A DNA stretch of 64,000 bases. It comes from Chlamydiales bacterium (GTDB lineage Bacteria > Chlamydiota > Chlamydiia > Chlamydiales > JACRBE01). The notes beneath the pieces were generated by a model. It was not told where the DNA came from. It did not search any database and saw nothing but the letters and a program-made list of their open reading frames with translations. The translations under genes and the position numbers were made by a program. The stretch lies in assembly GCA_016213235.1 (NCBI GenBank), contig JACRBE010000040.1:811-64810 (forward strand), in the 5' to 3' direction. Below, piece by piece: positions 27,665 through 38,580 of this stretch (its first letter is position 1; each line of letters opens with the position of its first letter).

Positions 27665-27776
27665 TCATAGACCCTTTCAACCGCGACGTGCAACAAGGTG
27701 AGTAAAAAATAAAATAGGCCAGATGCAAAAAATCTCTTATATGTGGTTTTTACGAAACAACCATATAGGAGACCCT

Positions 27777-27962
27777 ATGGCCAAAGGCTATAGGCACCTG
27801 ACCTATGAGCAAAGGTGCCAAATTTATATTTTAAAAGAAAGCAAAAATTCACCAGCCAAGATTGCAAGAATATTGAAGGTGGATCGTTCTACCATTCATC
27901 GAGAACTGAAACACAATGGCAATATGATACGATATAAACGAGCTTTAAGTGTCTTAATCTGA
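27777..27962 (+). pseudogene. IS30-family transposase, N-terminal HTH fragment only
   Basis: MAKGYRHLTYEQRCQIYILKESKNSPAKIARILKVDRSTIHRELKHNG matches the typical IS30 N-terminus. The catalytic domain is absent. Confidence 0.75.
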
Positions 27963-27981
27963 TCTAAAAACACAACTTTCT

Positions 27982-28107
27982 GAAAATGAAGGATTTGATC
28001 AACTGTACGGAAAAATCGTACAGTTGAAATTACTGGCTCCTGATGGGAAAATGCGCGAGACCGATACCGTCAATACAGAGACTATTTTTCGGATTCTATG
28101 TGTCTAG
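27982..28107 (+). pseudogene. DinD/Bro-N-like gene fragment
   Basis: ..IVQLKLLAPDGKMRETDTVNTETIFRIL.. resembles the DGKmR.TDv.nTe..lRli core of DNA-damage-inducible protein D-like proteins. It spans only 41 codons. Confidence 0.35.
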
Positions 28108-28212
28108 TAAATTATAGCAAGATCAGTTGTTAGTAAATCGAATTTTCTAGACGTTAACTCAATAGAAGTCAGTTTAATCGATGAAAAATAGAAAAAAGAC
28201 CATAATTGCACG

Positions 28213-28629
28213 TTATTTTAAATTCTTTCTTAGAAATATCTTTGAATGCCCGTGCGCGTAATTCTTTAATTCCCCTATTCGTGCATAGCCATTTTTCAAA
28301 TAGAAATCTTCAGCTTGAAAGTCCCAAGTATCCACCAGAGCAAAATCACATCCATTTTTAATAGCTTCTTGCTCCGCTGCATCTAACAATTTTGTGCCGT
28401 ATCCTTGTTTTTGAAGGCTCCCTTCAACCCACAATGTATCAATGTAGATTGATTCTGAATCTAAAAATGCTTGTATCCCGCCAAAAACTTTCCCTAAATC
28501 ATTTTTCAAAAAAATGGAAAACTCTTTATCTCGCTCACCTACTATATTTTCATTGAATGCAATAACACCTTCTTTTACAACGGCGTTATCAGCCTCGGTA
28601 GGTGCATAATCGACGACTACTTTGTACAT
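28213..28629 (-). CDS. GNAT-family N-acetyltransferase
   Basis: 138 aa with motif A QKQGYGTKLL. Confidence 0.8.
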   Translation of the reverse strand: MYKVVVDYAPTEADNAVVKEGVIAFNENIVGERDKEFSIFLKNDLGKVFGGIQAFLDSESIYIDTLWVEGSLQKQGYGTKLLDAAEQEAIKNGCDFALVDTWDFQAEDFYLKNGYARIGELKNYAHGHSKIFLRKNLK

Positions 28630-28724
28630 ATTCTTTCTACTTTGAATATTCGGACTTTAAAACAATTTTTGAGGCACCCGTTTGGGTGATTTAAGGAAAT
28701 CTAGAACTCCGGCAATAGATCGGC

Positions 28725-28760
28725 TGAAAAATTTGGCGAACTCTATTACTAGGGTTCGCC
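28725..28760 (-). terminator. Hairpin plus T-tract downstream of tRNA-Phe
   Basis: The minus strand reads GGCGAACcctagtaatagaGTTCGCC followed by AAATTTTT. Confidence 0.45.
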
Positions 28761-28764
28761 CAAG

Positions 28765-28837
<73 letters not shown>

Positions 28838-28890
28838 TCACGTCGAGAAAAAGCAATAGGATACCTTGAAAAGCGATTAATCGCAATTTT

Positions 28891-30867
28891 TTAATTTTTA
28901 GAAGATATAGAGATCATATCTTTGACAATATTGACCGATTCCTTCATCTGAAGATCTTCTGTACCAAAACTAGGGTGGCTCCCTACTGATGCGTCCCCTT
29001 TCTTAATTTTTTCTACTTCCGCTAAAAACGCCTGAAAGTTTTTATCCGCCTTTAGTCGTTCTTCACTATTTTTTTGTAAACTACCAAGCATATTTTTCCA
29101 TTTCTGTTCTTGTTGTGGAAAATAGTTAGAAAAAAGCTGTCTTGGATCTTTCTGTGAATACTTTTTAATATCATTATCTTGATCTAAAAAAGAAAAACCA
29201 AGCGTATCTCGTGGAAGAGGGTACATTAAATACTGCTCTCCTATATTAAAAGGAGCATACTTAGTAGGAACATGAATATCTGCAATTACCCCATCAATTT
29301 GGGTAGATCTACCGGAAATCGTATAATATCTTCCCACTGTTACTTTAAAAAATGCTTCAGCCCCTTCATCCGTAATATTTTGAATCTGCATCGATCCCTT
29401 ACCATATGTTCTTTCATCGCCTACTATTAGAGCAACACCATAATCTTGAAGTGCCTGAGCGACCACTTCTGCTGCCGATGCAGAAGCTTTTGATGTAAGT
29501 AAAACCAAAGGCCCTTGATAATATAATCTTCCATTAATATCCCGATTGTACTGCACCTCCCCATTGGCATACTTGGAAATAACAATGACCCCTTTTGGAA
29601 TAAAAAGACCAGATACCTTTATAGCCTGCGTTAAAAATCCTCCTGCATTATTTCTTAGATCAATCACGAGTCCCTTTAACTCACCCTGCTGTTTCATCTG
29701 TAAAATAGCATCCCTTAAATCTTTTTCGGCCGTAATACCATTACCATTATCATAAAAAGCACCTAAATCGATCTTACCTATAATACCGCCTTCTACAGCT
29801 TCCGTTGTAAAGGAAAGACGTTCATTTTCCATTACAATAACCTCTTTTTTCAACGTCACCTGAACCGTCTCTTCTGGCTTTTTGCCTACATTACGACGCA
29901 ATACTAGTGTTATTTTCCCATTTGAATGGCTGTTCATTGCATCTAACACCTCTTCAAATGAAAGATCTTGGACATTTTTCCCATTTACCTGAATTAACAC
30001 GTCCCCTTTTTGAATCATCTTACTTTTTGCAGCAGGTCCATTTGGCAGTAAATCTCCAATATATGCCCCTTGTAAGCCCTCTTTAATAACGACGCCAATT
30101 CCCTTAAACTGCTTTTGAAGCGATGCCCTCATCGAAATAGCCTCTTCCGGGCTAAAAAATGCTGTATGTGCATCTAGACTTCTCGCAAAGGACTTTAATA
30201 TTAGCGTAGAAATAATATTATCTTGCTTCTCTTTATTAAATGCTTTTCCCTTATAACTTTGCAAAAGAAAGATACTCTCATAACGTCTATCTTTATGATC
30301 AAATAAAGAGAGTTGTTTTTTGAGCTGATCCGTGGAGAGTACTGTAATTTTTTGATCCATTAACTCTATTTTTATTCGAAAAAGCACTGACTGTTTTATT
30401 CGCTCTTTTAACTCTATGATACTTTTTGCATAATCATTATATTCCGGCATCTGAAACGCATATCCAGAAAATATGTCTTGTTGATTTAAAAGATCTTGAA
30501 ATACCTCTTCCCGAAGTTTTCTTTCTCTTTCTACCGCATGTTGACAAACTTGCAATAGCTGTAAATAAGATTTATAATCATCATTTCTCATCTGTTTAAT
30601 AACATCAATTGCTTCCCCGTCGGATATGTTACTATTTTTCGCTACCTCTTCTTCCAATAAATAGAGCTTGTCTTGGTCAAATTGATCAAAAAAAACAAGA
30701 AACGATCGTTTAATGAGCGTTGGCGTTAACATATGACTATCTACATGATAACGCAGCATTTCCGTTGTGATTTCTTTAATATCTGTGATTTTAAGGGGCC
30801 TTGGATCTCCGTAAAGCTGACAAAAGAAAAAAACCGTAAAAAGAAGATATTTTAATACAGCAGACAA
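28891..30867 (-). CDS. tsp: Tail-specific (C-terminal processing) protease, S41 family
   Basis: Signal peptide, PDZ segment (GDVLIQVNG), and S41 catalytic region (TSKASASAAEV, GKGS). Confidence 0.85.
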   Translation of the reverse strand: MSAVLKYLLFTVFFFCQLYGDPRPLKITDIKEITTEMLRYHVDSHMLTPTLIKRSFLVFFDQFDQDKLYLLEEEVAKNSNISDGEAIDVIKQMRNDDYKSYLQLLQVCQHAVERERKLREEVFQDLLNQQDIFSGYAFQMPEYNDYAKSIIELKERIKQSVLFRIKIELMDQKITVLSTDQLKKQLSLFDHKDRRYESIFLLQSYKGKAFNKEKQDNIISTLILKSFARSLDAHTAFFSPEEAISMRASLQKQFKGIGVVIKEGLQGAYIGDLLPNGPAAKSKMIQKGDVLIQVNGKNVQDLSFEEVLDAMNSHSNGKITLVLRRNVGKKPEETVQVTLKKEVIVMENERLSFTTEAVEGGIIGKIDLGAFYDNGNGITAEKDLRDAILQMKQQGELKGLVIDLRNNAGGFLTQAIKVSGLFIPKGVIVISKYANGEVQYNRDINGRLYYQGPLVLLTSKASASAAEVVAQALQDYGVALIVGDERTYGKGSMQIQNITDEGAEAFFKVTVGRYYTISGRSTQIDGVIADIHVPTKYAPFNIGEQYLMYPLPRDTLGFSFLDQDNDIKKYSQKDPRQLFSNYFPQQEQKWKNMLGSLQKNSEERLKADKNFQAFLAEVEKIKKGDASVGSHPSFGTEDLQMKESVNIVKDMISISSKN

Positions 30868-31200
30868 AGGGGCCTCTATTATTATTCTTTATAATAATGA
30901 GTAATAAAAATTTTAATTATTAAAATAAAGCTAAAACTTAATTAAATTATATAAAATTAACAAACCAAATGTGCATTATCAAAAAATATAATCCTGCTAC
31001 CTTATGATAATAAGAAGGTTGTTGAGCAATCCGCCTTTTTTATCTGATCTTGAGATGTGTTATGGATCATTTTTTATAATCCCTATCCATCTATGCTGAT
31101 TCAATAGATAAACTTTTCCTTGTGTGATCGTTAAATCTTTTTTATAAACGATGCAAAAGAACATTTTTTACATCTTTTTCTAAGAAATTTTTCCTAGTTC

Positions 31201-31229
31201 TTGTGAATTAATTCCAAAAAAGCTAAAAT
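31201..31229 (+). promoter_or_regulatory. Candidate sigma-70-type promoter of the rpsL operon
   Basis: TTGTGA, a 17-nt spacer, then TAAAAT, about 80 nt upstream of the rpsL ATG. Confidence 0.35.
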
Positions 31230-31308
31230 TTCCCCCATTGGCAATTTTTTGTTCCTTCTATTTTGAATCAGGAAGGATTACCCAATTTTATTAAGGAGAA
31301 AACCTCGG

Positions 31309-31680
31309 ATGCCAACTATTAATCAGTTAGTCAAGCAAGCTCGCAAAGATAAAGTGAGACGAAGCAAATCCCCGGCATTAAGTGAATGCCCACAAAGACG
31401 AGGGGTTTGCCTACAAGTTAAAACTAAAACACCAAAAAAACCAAACTCAGCTCTCCGTAAAGTAGCTTGGGTCAGACTATCCAATGGTCAAGAAGTGATT
31501 GCCTACATCGGTGGTGAAGGTCATAACCTCCAAGAGCACAGTATCGTACTTGTGCGTGGTGGAAGGGTAAAAGACTTGCCTGGTGTGAGATATCATATTG
31601 TTCGCGGTACACTAGATTGCGCCGCTGTAAAAGACCGTAAACAACGTCGATCCAAATATGGAGCGAAGAAACCGAAGTAG
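31309..31680 (+). CDS. rpsL: 30S ribosomal protein S12
   Basis: [10 protein letters not shown]...[12 protein letters not shown]. Confidence 0.97.
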   Translation: MPTINQLVKQARKDKVRRSKSPALSECPQRRGVCLQVKTKTPKKPNSALRKVAWVRLSNGQEVIAYIGGEGHNLQEHSIVLVRGGRVKDLPGVRYHIVRGTLDCAAVKDRKQRRSKYGAKKPK

Positions 31681-31698
31681 TAACCAAGGACTATAAGC

Positions 31699-32172
31699 AT
31701 GTCAAGAAGGCACAGAGCCCAAAGGCGACAAATTGATCCAGATGAAAAGTATAATAATGAAGCTGTGGCTAAATTTATTAATCGTGTGATGATGCACGGT
31801 AAAAAATCGATAGCAACACGAATCGTGTACTCTGCTATCGATAAGTTTTCTAAACGAATTAATACAGAAACACCACTAGAAGCCTTTGAACAAGCTCTTG
31901 AAAATGCAAAACCTCACCTAGAGGTAAAATCTCGCAGAATCGGAGGCGCTACTTACCAGGTTCCTGTAGAAATTCCTACAGATCGCAGAATCTCTTTAGC
32001 TATGAAATGGATCATTTCTCACGCTAAAGCAAAAGCAGGAAGATCAATGGTCGATGGACTTGCATTAGAGCTTGCTGATTGCTACAGCAATCAAGGCTCC
32101 ACAATCAAGAAAAAAGATGACGTGCATCGTATGGCGGAAGCTAACAAAGCCTTTGCTCATTATAAATGGTAA
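31699..32172 (+). CDS. rpsG: 30S ribosomal protein S7
   Basis: MSRRHRAQRR... and GGATYQVPVE. Confidence 0.97.
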   Translation: MSRRHRAQRRQIDPDEKYNNEAVAKFINRVMMHGKKSIATRIVYSAIDKFSKRINTETPLEAFEQALENAKPHLEVKSRRIGGATYQVPVEIPTDRRISLAMKWIISHAKAKAGRSMVDGLALELADCYSNQGSTIKKKDDVHRMAEANKAFAHYKW

Positions 32173-32190
32173 TTTTAAGGATACAACCGA

Positions 32191-34281
32191 ATGGCTGAAA
32201 GAGACCCGAAAGATTGTTTAAGTAAAGTGCGTAATATTGGGATTATGGCCCATATTGACGCAGGAAAAACTACAGTAACAGAAAGAATTTTATTTTATAC
32301 TGGAAGATCTCATAAAATCGGAGAAGTTCATGAAGGCGCCGCGACAATGGACTTCATGGAGCAGGAGAAAGAACGTGGTATCACTATTACTTCTGCTGCA
32401 ACTACTGTGTATTGGAAAGAGAGCAAAATCAACATCATAGACACTCCAGGACACGTTGACTTTACTATAGAAGTCGAGAGATCCTTGCGTGTATTAGATG
32501 GTGCTGTAGCTGTATTTAGTGCAGTAGACGGCGTTCAACCTCAGTCAGAAACGGTATGGCGACAAGCTGATAAATATAACGTGCCTCGTATTGCATTTAT
32601 CAATAAAATGGACCGAGTTGGTGCTGATTACTTCATGTGTATTGATAGCATCAAAAAGAAACTCGGGGCTAATGCTGTTGCTCTCCAATACCCTGTTGGT
32701 AGCGAAAATGACTTTAAAGGAATGATAGATTTAGTCAACATGAAAGCTTATATGTTTCACGATGAGACAATGGGCGCTGCATATGATCTAGAAGCAATTC
32801 CTGCCGACTTAAAAGAAATCTGTGGAAAATTAAGAGCTCAGCTATTAGAAGAACTAGCTACTATCGATGAAGACAATGAAGTCTTCATGACGAAAGTTCT
32901 GGATGCTCCCGAAACTTTGACAGAAGATGAAATTCATGCTGTTATTAGAAAAGGTGTATGCAACAACACTCTGTACCCTGTACTGTGTGGAACAGCTTTT
33001 AAAAATAAAGGGATCCAACCACTACTAGATGCTGTTGTAAAATGGATGCCTTCTCCACTCGATCGTGGTCTTATCCGCGGCATCAACATCAAAACTAATG
33101 AAGACATGGCAATTCAGCCAGATGATAAGAGCCCTCTTGCAGCTCTTGCTTTTAAAGTAATGTCAGACCCTTATGTTGGAAGACTTACCTTTATCAGAAT
33201 TTATGCCGGAACATTAGAAAAAGGTGTTGCGCTTTTAAATACGACAAAAGATAGAAGAGAACGTGTTTCTAGATTGCTAGAAATGCACGCCAACCAACGA
33301 AAAGATCGTGATGTATTCTTTACTGGTGATATCGCAGCTTGCATCGGATTAAAATATTCTACAACTGGAGATACTCTTTGTGCTGAAAACAATCCTCTAT
33401 TACTTGAAAGAATGGAATTCCCGGAGCCTGTTATTTCCATGGCTATTGAACCAAAATCTAAAGGTGATAGAGAAAAATTAGCGATGGCGCTATCTTCTCT
33501 TTCAGAGGAAGATCCAACGTTTAGAGTATATACCAATGAAGAAACTGGGCAAACCATCATTGCCGGTATGGGTGAATTGCACCTTGAGATCTTAAAAGAT
33601 CGTATGTTCAGAGAATTCAGTGTAGATGCTAACGTGGGGGCTCCTCAAGTATCTTATAAAGAGACCATCACTACCCCTGCTAAAACAGAAACGAAATATA
33701 TCAAACAATCTGGCGGTCGTGGTCAATATGCTCACGTTTGTCTAGAGATCTATCCGAATGAAAAAGGCAAGGGTAACGAAGTAGAAAGTAAAATCGTGGG
33801 AGGCACTATTCCTAGAGAATATATTCCTGCGGTTATTAAAGGTGTTCAAGAAGGTCTTAATACTGGAGTACTTGCTGGTTATAACTTAGTTGATATCAAG
33901 GTAGATATCGTTTTTGGTTCTTATCATGAAGTCGACTCTAGTGAGATGGCATTTAAAATTTGTGGTTCTATGGCCGTTAAAGAAGCTGCTAAAAAAGCAC
34001 AGCCTATTATTCTTGAACCAATTATGAAAGTAAACGTTACAACTCCTGAGGACTTCATTGGTGATGTAATGGGTGATATTAACCGTAGACGTGGAAGAAT
34101 CTTAAATCAAACTAATCTTCGTACAGTGGCTATTGTAGATTGCGAAGTACCACTTAGTGAAATGTTTGGATATTCTACAACACTCCGTTCTTTAAGTTCA
34201 GGACGAGCTACCTATACAATGGAACCTTCTCACTTTGAAAAAGTACCTAATAAGGTCCAAGAAGAGATTGTAAAAAAATAA
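32191..34281 (+). CDS. fusA: Elongation factor G
   Basis: [22 protein letters not shown] and NKMDR motifs, 696 aa. Confidence 0.97.
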   Translation: MAERDPKDCLSKVRNIGIMAHIDAGKTTVTERILFYTGRSHKIGEVHEGAATMDFMEQEKERGITITSAATTVYWKESKINIIDTPGHVDFTIEVERSLRVLDGAVAVFSAVDGVQPQSETVWRQADKYNVPRIAFINKMDRVGADYFMCIDSIKKKLGANAVALQYPVGSENDFKGMIDLVNMKAYMFHDETMGAAYDLEAIPADLKEICGKLRAQLLEELATIDEDNEVFMTKVLDAPETLTEDEIHAVIRKGVCNNTLYPVLCGTAFKNKGIQPLLDAVVKWMPSPLDRGLIRGINIKTNEDMAIQPDDKSPLAALAFKVMSDPYVGRLTFIRIYAGTLEKGVALLNTTKDRRERVSRLLEMHANQRKDRDVFFTGDIAACIGLKYSTTGDTLCAENNPLLLERMEFPEPVISMAIEPKSKGDREKLAMALSSLSEEDPTFRVYTNEETGQTIIAGMGELHLEILKDRMFREFSVDANVGAPQVSYKETITTPAKTETKYIKQSGGRGQYAHVCLEIYPNEKGKGNEVESKIVGGTIPREYIPAVIKGVQEGLNTGVLAGYNLVDIKVDIVFGSYHEVDSSEMAFKICGSMAVKEAAKKAQPIILEPIMKVNVTTPEDFIGDVMGDINRRRGRILNQTNLRTVAIVDCEVPLSEMFGYSTTLRSLSSGRATYTMEPSHFEKVPNKVQEEIVKK

Positions 34282-34300
34282 AAAAAGAGCAAGTTAATTT

Positions 34301-34618
34301 ATGGCAAAACAAGAAAGAAAAAAAATACGCATTCGATTAAAGGGTTATGATCAAAGACTTCTTGATCGATCTACTGCTGACATCGTTGAGACAGCAAAAA
34401 GAACAGGTGCCAGAGTAATTGGACCTATTCCTTTGCCAACAAGACGAGAGATTTTTACAGTTCTTCGTTCTCCTCATGTGGACAGAAAATCTCGTGAACA
34501 ATTTGAAATGAGAACTCATCTTCGTATGTTGGATATTTTAGACCCGACTGTTGATACAATCGATAAACTCAAAGTGCTTCCAGTTCCTGCTGGTGTTGAT
34601 ATCAAAATCAAAGCATAA
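34301..34618 (+). CDS. rpsJ: 30S ribosomal protein S10
   Basis: [14 protein letters not shown]...GPIPLPT...[13 protein letters not shown]. Confidence 0.97.
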   Translation: MAKQERKKIRIRLKGYDQRLLDRSTADIVETAKRTGARVIGPIPLPTRREIFTVLRSPHVDRKSREQFEMRTHLRMLDILDPTVDTIDKLKVLPVPAGVDIKIKA

Positions 34619-34647
34619 GCGTTTCGGTTTATCTTTTTTATAAAATT

Positions 34648-34686
34648 AAAAACCTCTTCACTTTACATGAAGGGGTTTTTTCTTTT
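34648..34686 (+). terminator. Rho-independent terminator after rpsJ
   Basis: aaaaaCCTCTTCActttacaTGAAGGGGtttttttc. Confidence 0.7.
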
Positions 34687-34744
34687 TATTGACGAAAAAA
34701 GAAATATGCTACAAATGAAAGTTAAGTCTTTCTGGATTGATATC

Positions 34745-35956
34745 ATGAAACACAACACGCGTAATATCCGCATTTTATATTTGTTTCCAATTTTGCTTAT
34801 TTTATATGAATTCTCTATTAACATGTCCAACGATATGTATTTGCCTGCTCTTATTGTATTAACAAAAGAATTCGATGTTTCTAGCCATATTATTCAACTT
34901 ACTATTGTAGCATGGCTTCTTGGTTCTGCATCGATTCAGCTCATTTTAGGCCCTGTATCAGATAAACATGGCAGGCGTCCGGTTTTTTTCCTAGGTGGTG
35001 TCATTTTCCTTATTTCTACGATTGTCTGCGCTTTAGCCCCATCTATCATCATATTAATCATTGCTAGGTTTTTTCAGGGCATGGCAGTCTCTTGTTTGAT
35101 GGTAGCAGGATATGCCTCTATTCATGAAATTTTTGAAGATAAAACATCTATTCGCATTTTATCTTGGATGGGATCTGCTGCTATTTGCGCTCCAATTATT
35201 GGCCCTATTCTTGGTGGATATATACTGTATTTCAGTACTTGGAGAATGATTTTTATTTTGCTGTTTCTCCTATCATTTCTTACATTAATTGCTCTTTGGA
35301 AAGTAATGCCGGAAAGTAATTTAGATTCTAATGAAAAATCACTGGCACCAAAAAAATTATTGCATAGCTATCTCAATATTTTTTTAAATAAAAAATTTAT
35401 GACAAAAGCTTTACCTACAGGATGTTTGTATAGCGGGATTATCATTTGGATTACAGCAGCTCCCTTTATTATCATGGACCTCTTTCAAATACCGGAACAA
35501 TATTTTGGATTTACTCAAGTACCAATCTTTTTAGGATATATAGTTGGAGCTAGCATCATGCGTGTAATGTTAGATCGTTTTAATATCTCTTTCTTAGGAC
35601 TTCTTGGAATTACAGTATCTATCATTAGCGCGTTAATTTTATTGCTGCTTACACTAGACCATTCTAATTCTATCTGGTACTTAATTCTACCCATGGTCGG
35701 ATATACCTTTGGCTGTGGATTTGCCAATGCTCCTATGACAAAAGCTGCGTTTGCCTCTACAGATGAAGACATCGGTGCGGTAACGGCTTTTTTTTATCTG
35801 AAACTAGCAGGACTTGGAGCGCTAGGGAGCTTGATTGTTAGTATCGTTTACACACACACCATACTTCCTATCAGCATTTTGCTCTTTGTTGTTTCTCTTA
35901 TTGCGTGGACCATTCATGTATTTACCCATCTTTTTGCATCCTCAAAAGAACTATAA
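34745..35956 (+). CDS. MFS multidrug-type transporter (Bcr/CflA-like)
   Basis: 12-TM profile with the DMYLPAL and DKHGRRP motifs. The start is uncertain (34706, 34715 or 34745). The ORF-track start at 34667 lies inside the rpsJ terminator. Confidence 0.75.
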   Translation: MKHNTRNIRILYLFPILLILYEFSINMSNDMYLPALIVLTKEFDVSSHIIQLTIVAWLLGSASIQLILGPVSDKHGRRPVFFLGGVIFLISTIVCALAPSIIILIIARFFQGMAVSCLMVAGYASIHEIFEDKTSIRILSWMGSAAICAPIIGPILGGYILYFSTWRMIFILLFLLSFLTLIALWKVMPESNLDSNEKSLAPKKLLHSYLNIFLNKKFMTKALPTGCLYSGIIIWITAAPFIIMDLFQIPEQYFGFTQVPIFLGYIVGASIMRVMLDRFNISFLGLLGITVSIISALILLLLTLDHSNSIWYLILPMVGYTFGCGFANAPMTKAAFASTDEDIGAVTAFFYLKLAGLGALGSLIVSIVYTHTILPISILLFVVSLIAWTIHVFTHLFASSKEL

Positions 35957-37072
35957 ATACAGTCCTTTTAAGAATCGCAGCGCACTTACTATTTCTATTC
36001 CTGATTCTATTTTTTCTCGTTTTAATTCTTTTACTATTTGAATTGCAGGTAATTGATATTTTTCATGAAAATATTTAAGCCCCGGATTTAATTGATGATC
36101 CGAATGTTTTACTTCTATGATCTTTTCGACCTGATCATTATATACAAGAGCAAAATCCACTTCCTGTCTCTCTTTTGTATGCAAATAATGAAGAACATAT
36201 GTTTGTGCTTCATAATCTATTTTTGCCAGCACATGTTTTAATAAACAGCCAGCAATAAAATTCTCTAATTTAATACCATCATCTCCTTGTACTAGGCCTG
36301 TATCAAAAAAATAAATTTTTGGTTCTTTAAGTAAACTACGGGCAATATTATTTGAAAAAGGAGTGATGCGGAAGACAATATAAAGAGCCTCTAAAATTTG
36401 GATATATTTTTTTACCGTATTAGGAGAAATAGCAACATCTTGCGCTATGGATGTATAAGAAATAGGTGATCCTACTCGTTTTCTTAATAGCTCAAAAACA
36501 AGCCGAATTGCATTTAAATTTTGAATGTTTTCAAAATCAAGAACATCTTCCCGTAGTAAACTGTCCACATATTGTAGCCTCCATCTATTAGCATCTACTA
36601 ACTCTTCCGCCAGAAATGGTTCCGGAAAACCACCTCGCTCCAAAAATCGATCTATCGTATACTCAATATCTACCCTATCACACTCTGCAGGAGAAAAAGG
36701 CATCAATCGATGTAAAAAGTATCTACCTGCAAGTGAATCCCCTACCTGATTAAAAATCTCAAGACGAGCACTACCTGTCACAAGTATTTTTTGATGCTCT
36801 GATTTCGTATCATAAATCCCTTTTAAATAGTTTTTCCACTCAGGCATTTTATGTATTTCATCGAGAATGATTAATTCTACTGAAGGAATCCAGGCTTCTT
36901 GCAAGATGAGTTTTCGATCCTCTAATCTATCATAATTCAAATAGATAGAAGACTCAAATTCCTTTGCTATAGCTTTAGCTAATGTGGTTTTACCAACTTG
37001 GCGAGGACCTGCCAGTAATACCATTTTTTTTCTTAAATCACGTAAAATTGCGGCTTTTTGATATCTTTCCAT
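35951..37072 (-). CDS. AAA+ ATPase (AAA_14/DUF4143-like) with HTH and PD-(D/E)xK-like motif
   Basis: Walker A GPRQVGKTT, Walker B LIILDEIH, HTH-like SIAQDVAISPNTVKKYIQILE, and C-terminal EVDFALV...IIEVKHSD. Confidence 0.8.
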   Translation of the reverse strand: MERYQKAAILRDLRKKMVLLAGPRQVGKTTLAKAIAKEFESSIYLNYDRLEDRKLILQEAWIPSVELIILDEIHKMPEWKNYLKGIYDTKSEHQKILVTGSARLEIFNQVGDSLAGRYFLHRLMPFSPAECDRVDIEYTIDRFLERGGFPEPFLAEELVDANRWRLQYVDSLLREDVLDFENIQNLNAIRLVFELLRKRVGSPISYTSIAQDVAISPNTVKKYIQILEALYIVFRITPFSNNIARSLLKEPKIYFFDTGLVQGDDGIKLENFIAGCLLKHVLAKIDYEAQTYVLHYLHTKERQEVDFALVYNDQVEKIIEVKHSDHQLNPGLKYFHEKYQLPAIQIVKELKREKIESGIEIVSALRFLKGLYL

Positions 37073-37076
37073 ATTT

Positions 37077-37138
37077 GACTATTTTGCATCGCTTTGCAAA
37101 AAAGTCAAGACTATTTTGCATTTCATTGCATAATAGTC
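37077..37138. promoter_or_regulatory. Two tandem 12-6-12 palindromes immediately upstream of the 35951-37072 ATPase start codon
   Basis: gactattttgca-tcgctt-tgcaaaaaagtc (37077-37106) and gactattttgca-tttcat-tgcataatagtc (37109-37138). Each has one arm mismatch. Confidence 0.6.
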
Positions 37139-37234
37139 ATATTAAAAAATATTTTAATCGTTGGCTATAAGTAACTAGGGATTTTTTTACTAACTGGTTA
37201 TTCGTATCATTTGTAACGTTGTAAAAAGTCTTTT

Positions 37235-38554
37235 CTAATTGTTATCTGGTGAAATCTCCATGGGAAATCGATTCATATAATAAAGAGGATAATTGCAGAG
37301 ATTTCCATCTTTTTTTAGGTTCATTAAAGACGATCTGGAAAGTACAGGGGAATGGTATTTTTCTTGATACACTAAAAGGCTCTTTTTCTTTGTCGAAGTA
37401 CCTGATTTTACCTCCAATGGAAAAATTCTCCCCTCTTTTTCCAAGAGAAAGTCAACTTCCGCTTCTCTTTCGCTTGTCCAATAATAAAGTGGATTTTCAT
37501 CAGCCGCTTTCAAAGCCTGAGCAACATAATTTTCCGTGAATGAGCCCTTGAACTCCACAAAAAACAGATCTCCCTCCACGATCACACGGGCAGGCAGCCG
37601 ACACATGGCACCAAGCAATCCAACATCAAGAAGATAAACCTTAAATGCCTCACGATCACCATAACTTTTTAAAGGCAATTTGGGTGTAGAAACCTGGTAA
37701 GCCTTATAAATTAATTCTGCGTCCACAAGCCATTGCAAAGATTCTTCATAATCCCTTGCACGAGCACTTTTTTTAATAGCGGAAAAAACAAACTTCTTGT
37801 TTTCTTTCCCCAGATGAATAGGAATAGAATCCCATATTTGAGTAATTTTTATGACAAGCGAAGGAGGCGCATGTTTTGCAAAATCATGGACGTATGCCTT
37901 GAGAATATCTTCTTGTATTTCTCGTACCATATTGAGATCTTTTGTCTGTACATAACGCAGCACAGGTTTAGGCATCCCCCCAACATAGAAATAAATTTTA
38001 AGTAATTCCAATAATTGCTGATGATGTGCCTCAGCAATTGGCTCAAAGGTTTTAATCTCTTCCAATAGAGTTCTTAACATAGGCCTGCCTATCGCATCAA
38101 GAAATTCAAAAAAGGTCATTGGAAAAAGGTGGCAAAAATGCACTTTCCCTACTGGGAAACCTCTAGCACCGGATAATTTAACACCCAGTAATGACCCGGC
38201 AGCAACTACTGAATACTCTGGAGCCTGTTCACAAAAATATTTCAAACTTGTTAAAGCATGAGGGCACTCTTGAATTTCATCGAAAATAATCAATGTTGTA
38301 GCTGGATCTATTTTCATTTCCAAATGAATACCAAGATCTCGCAAAATACGATCCGGATTAAGATCCGGTTCAAAAAAAGTCTTGCAGGCTGGCATTTCTT
38401 CGAAATTTATATAGCAGCAATTTTTATATTCCTGAAAACCAAATTCTTTTAAGAGATAGGTCTTTCCCACCTGCCGGGCGCCCTGAACCAAAAGTGGTTG
38501 GCGGTCAGGATCTTTTTTCCATAAAAGTAATTGTTTATAAAGGTCTCTTTTCAT
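37235..38554 (-). CDS. AAA+ ATPase (AAA_14/DUF4143-like) with PD-(D/E)xK-like motif
   Basis: Walker A GARQVGKTY, Walker B LIIFDEIQ, and C-terminal EVDFLLEKEGRIFPLEVKSG. Confidence 0.8.
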   Translation of the reverse strand: MKRDLYKQLLLWKKDPDRQPLLVQGARQVGKTYLLKEFGFQEYKNCCYINFEEMPACKTFFEPDLNPDRILRDLGIHLEMKIDPATTLIIFDEIQECPHALTSLKYFCEQAPEYSVVAAGSLLGVKLSGARGFPVGKVHFCHLFPMTFFEFLDAIGRPMLRTLLEEIKTFEPIAEAHHQQLLELLKIYFYVGGMPKPVLRYVQTKDLNMVREIQEDILKAYVHDFAKHAPPSLVIKITQIWDSIPIHLGKENKKFVFSAIKKSARARDYEESLQWLVDAELIYKAYQVSTPKLPLKSYGDREAFKVYLLDVGLLGAMCRLPARVIVEGDLFFVEFKGSFTENYVAQALKAADENPLYYWTSEREAEVDFLLEKEGRIFPLEVKSGTSTKKKSLLVYQEKYHSPVLSRSSLMNLKKDGNLCNYPLYYMNRFPMEISPDNN

Positions 38555-38580
38555 ATCTTCAATATAGCAAACCCATGCTT

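Noticed and set aside
34667-34744. Long N-terminal extension of the MFS transporter ORF
   Set aside because: It starts inside the rpsJ terminator hairpin. Downstream Met codons give a normal MFS N-terminus.
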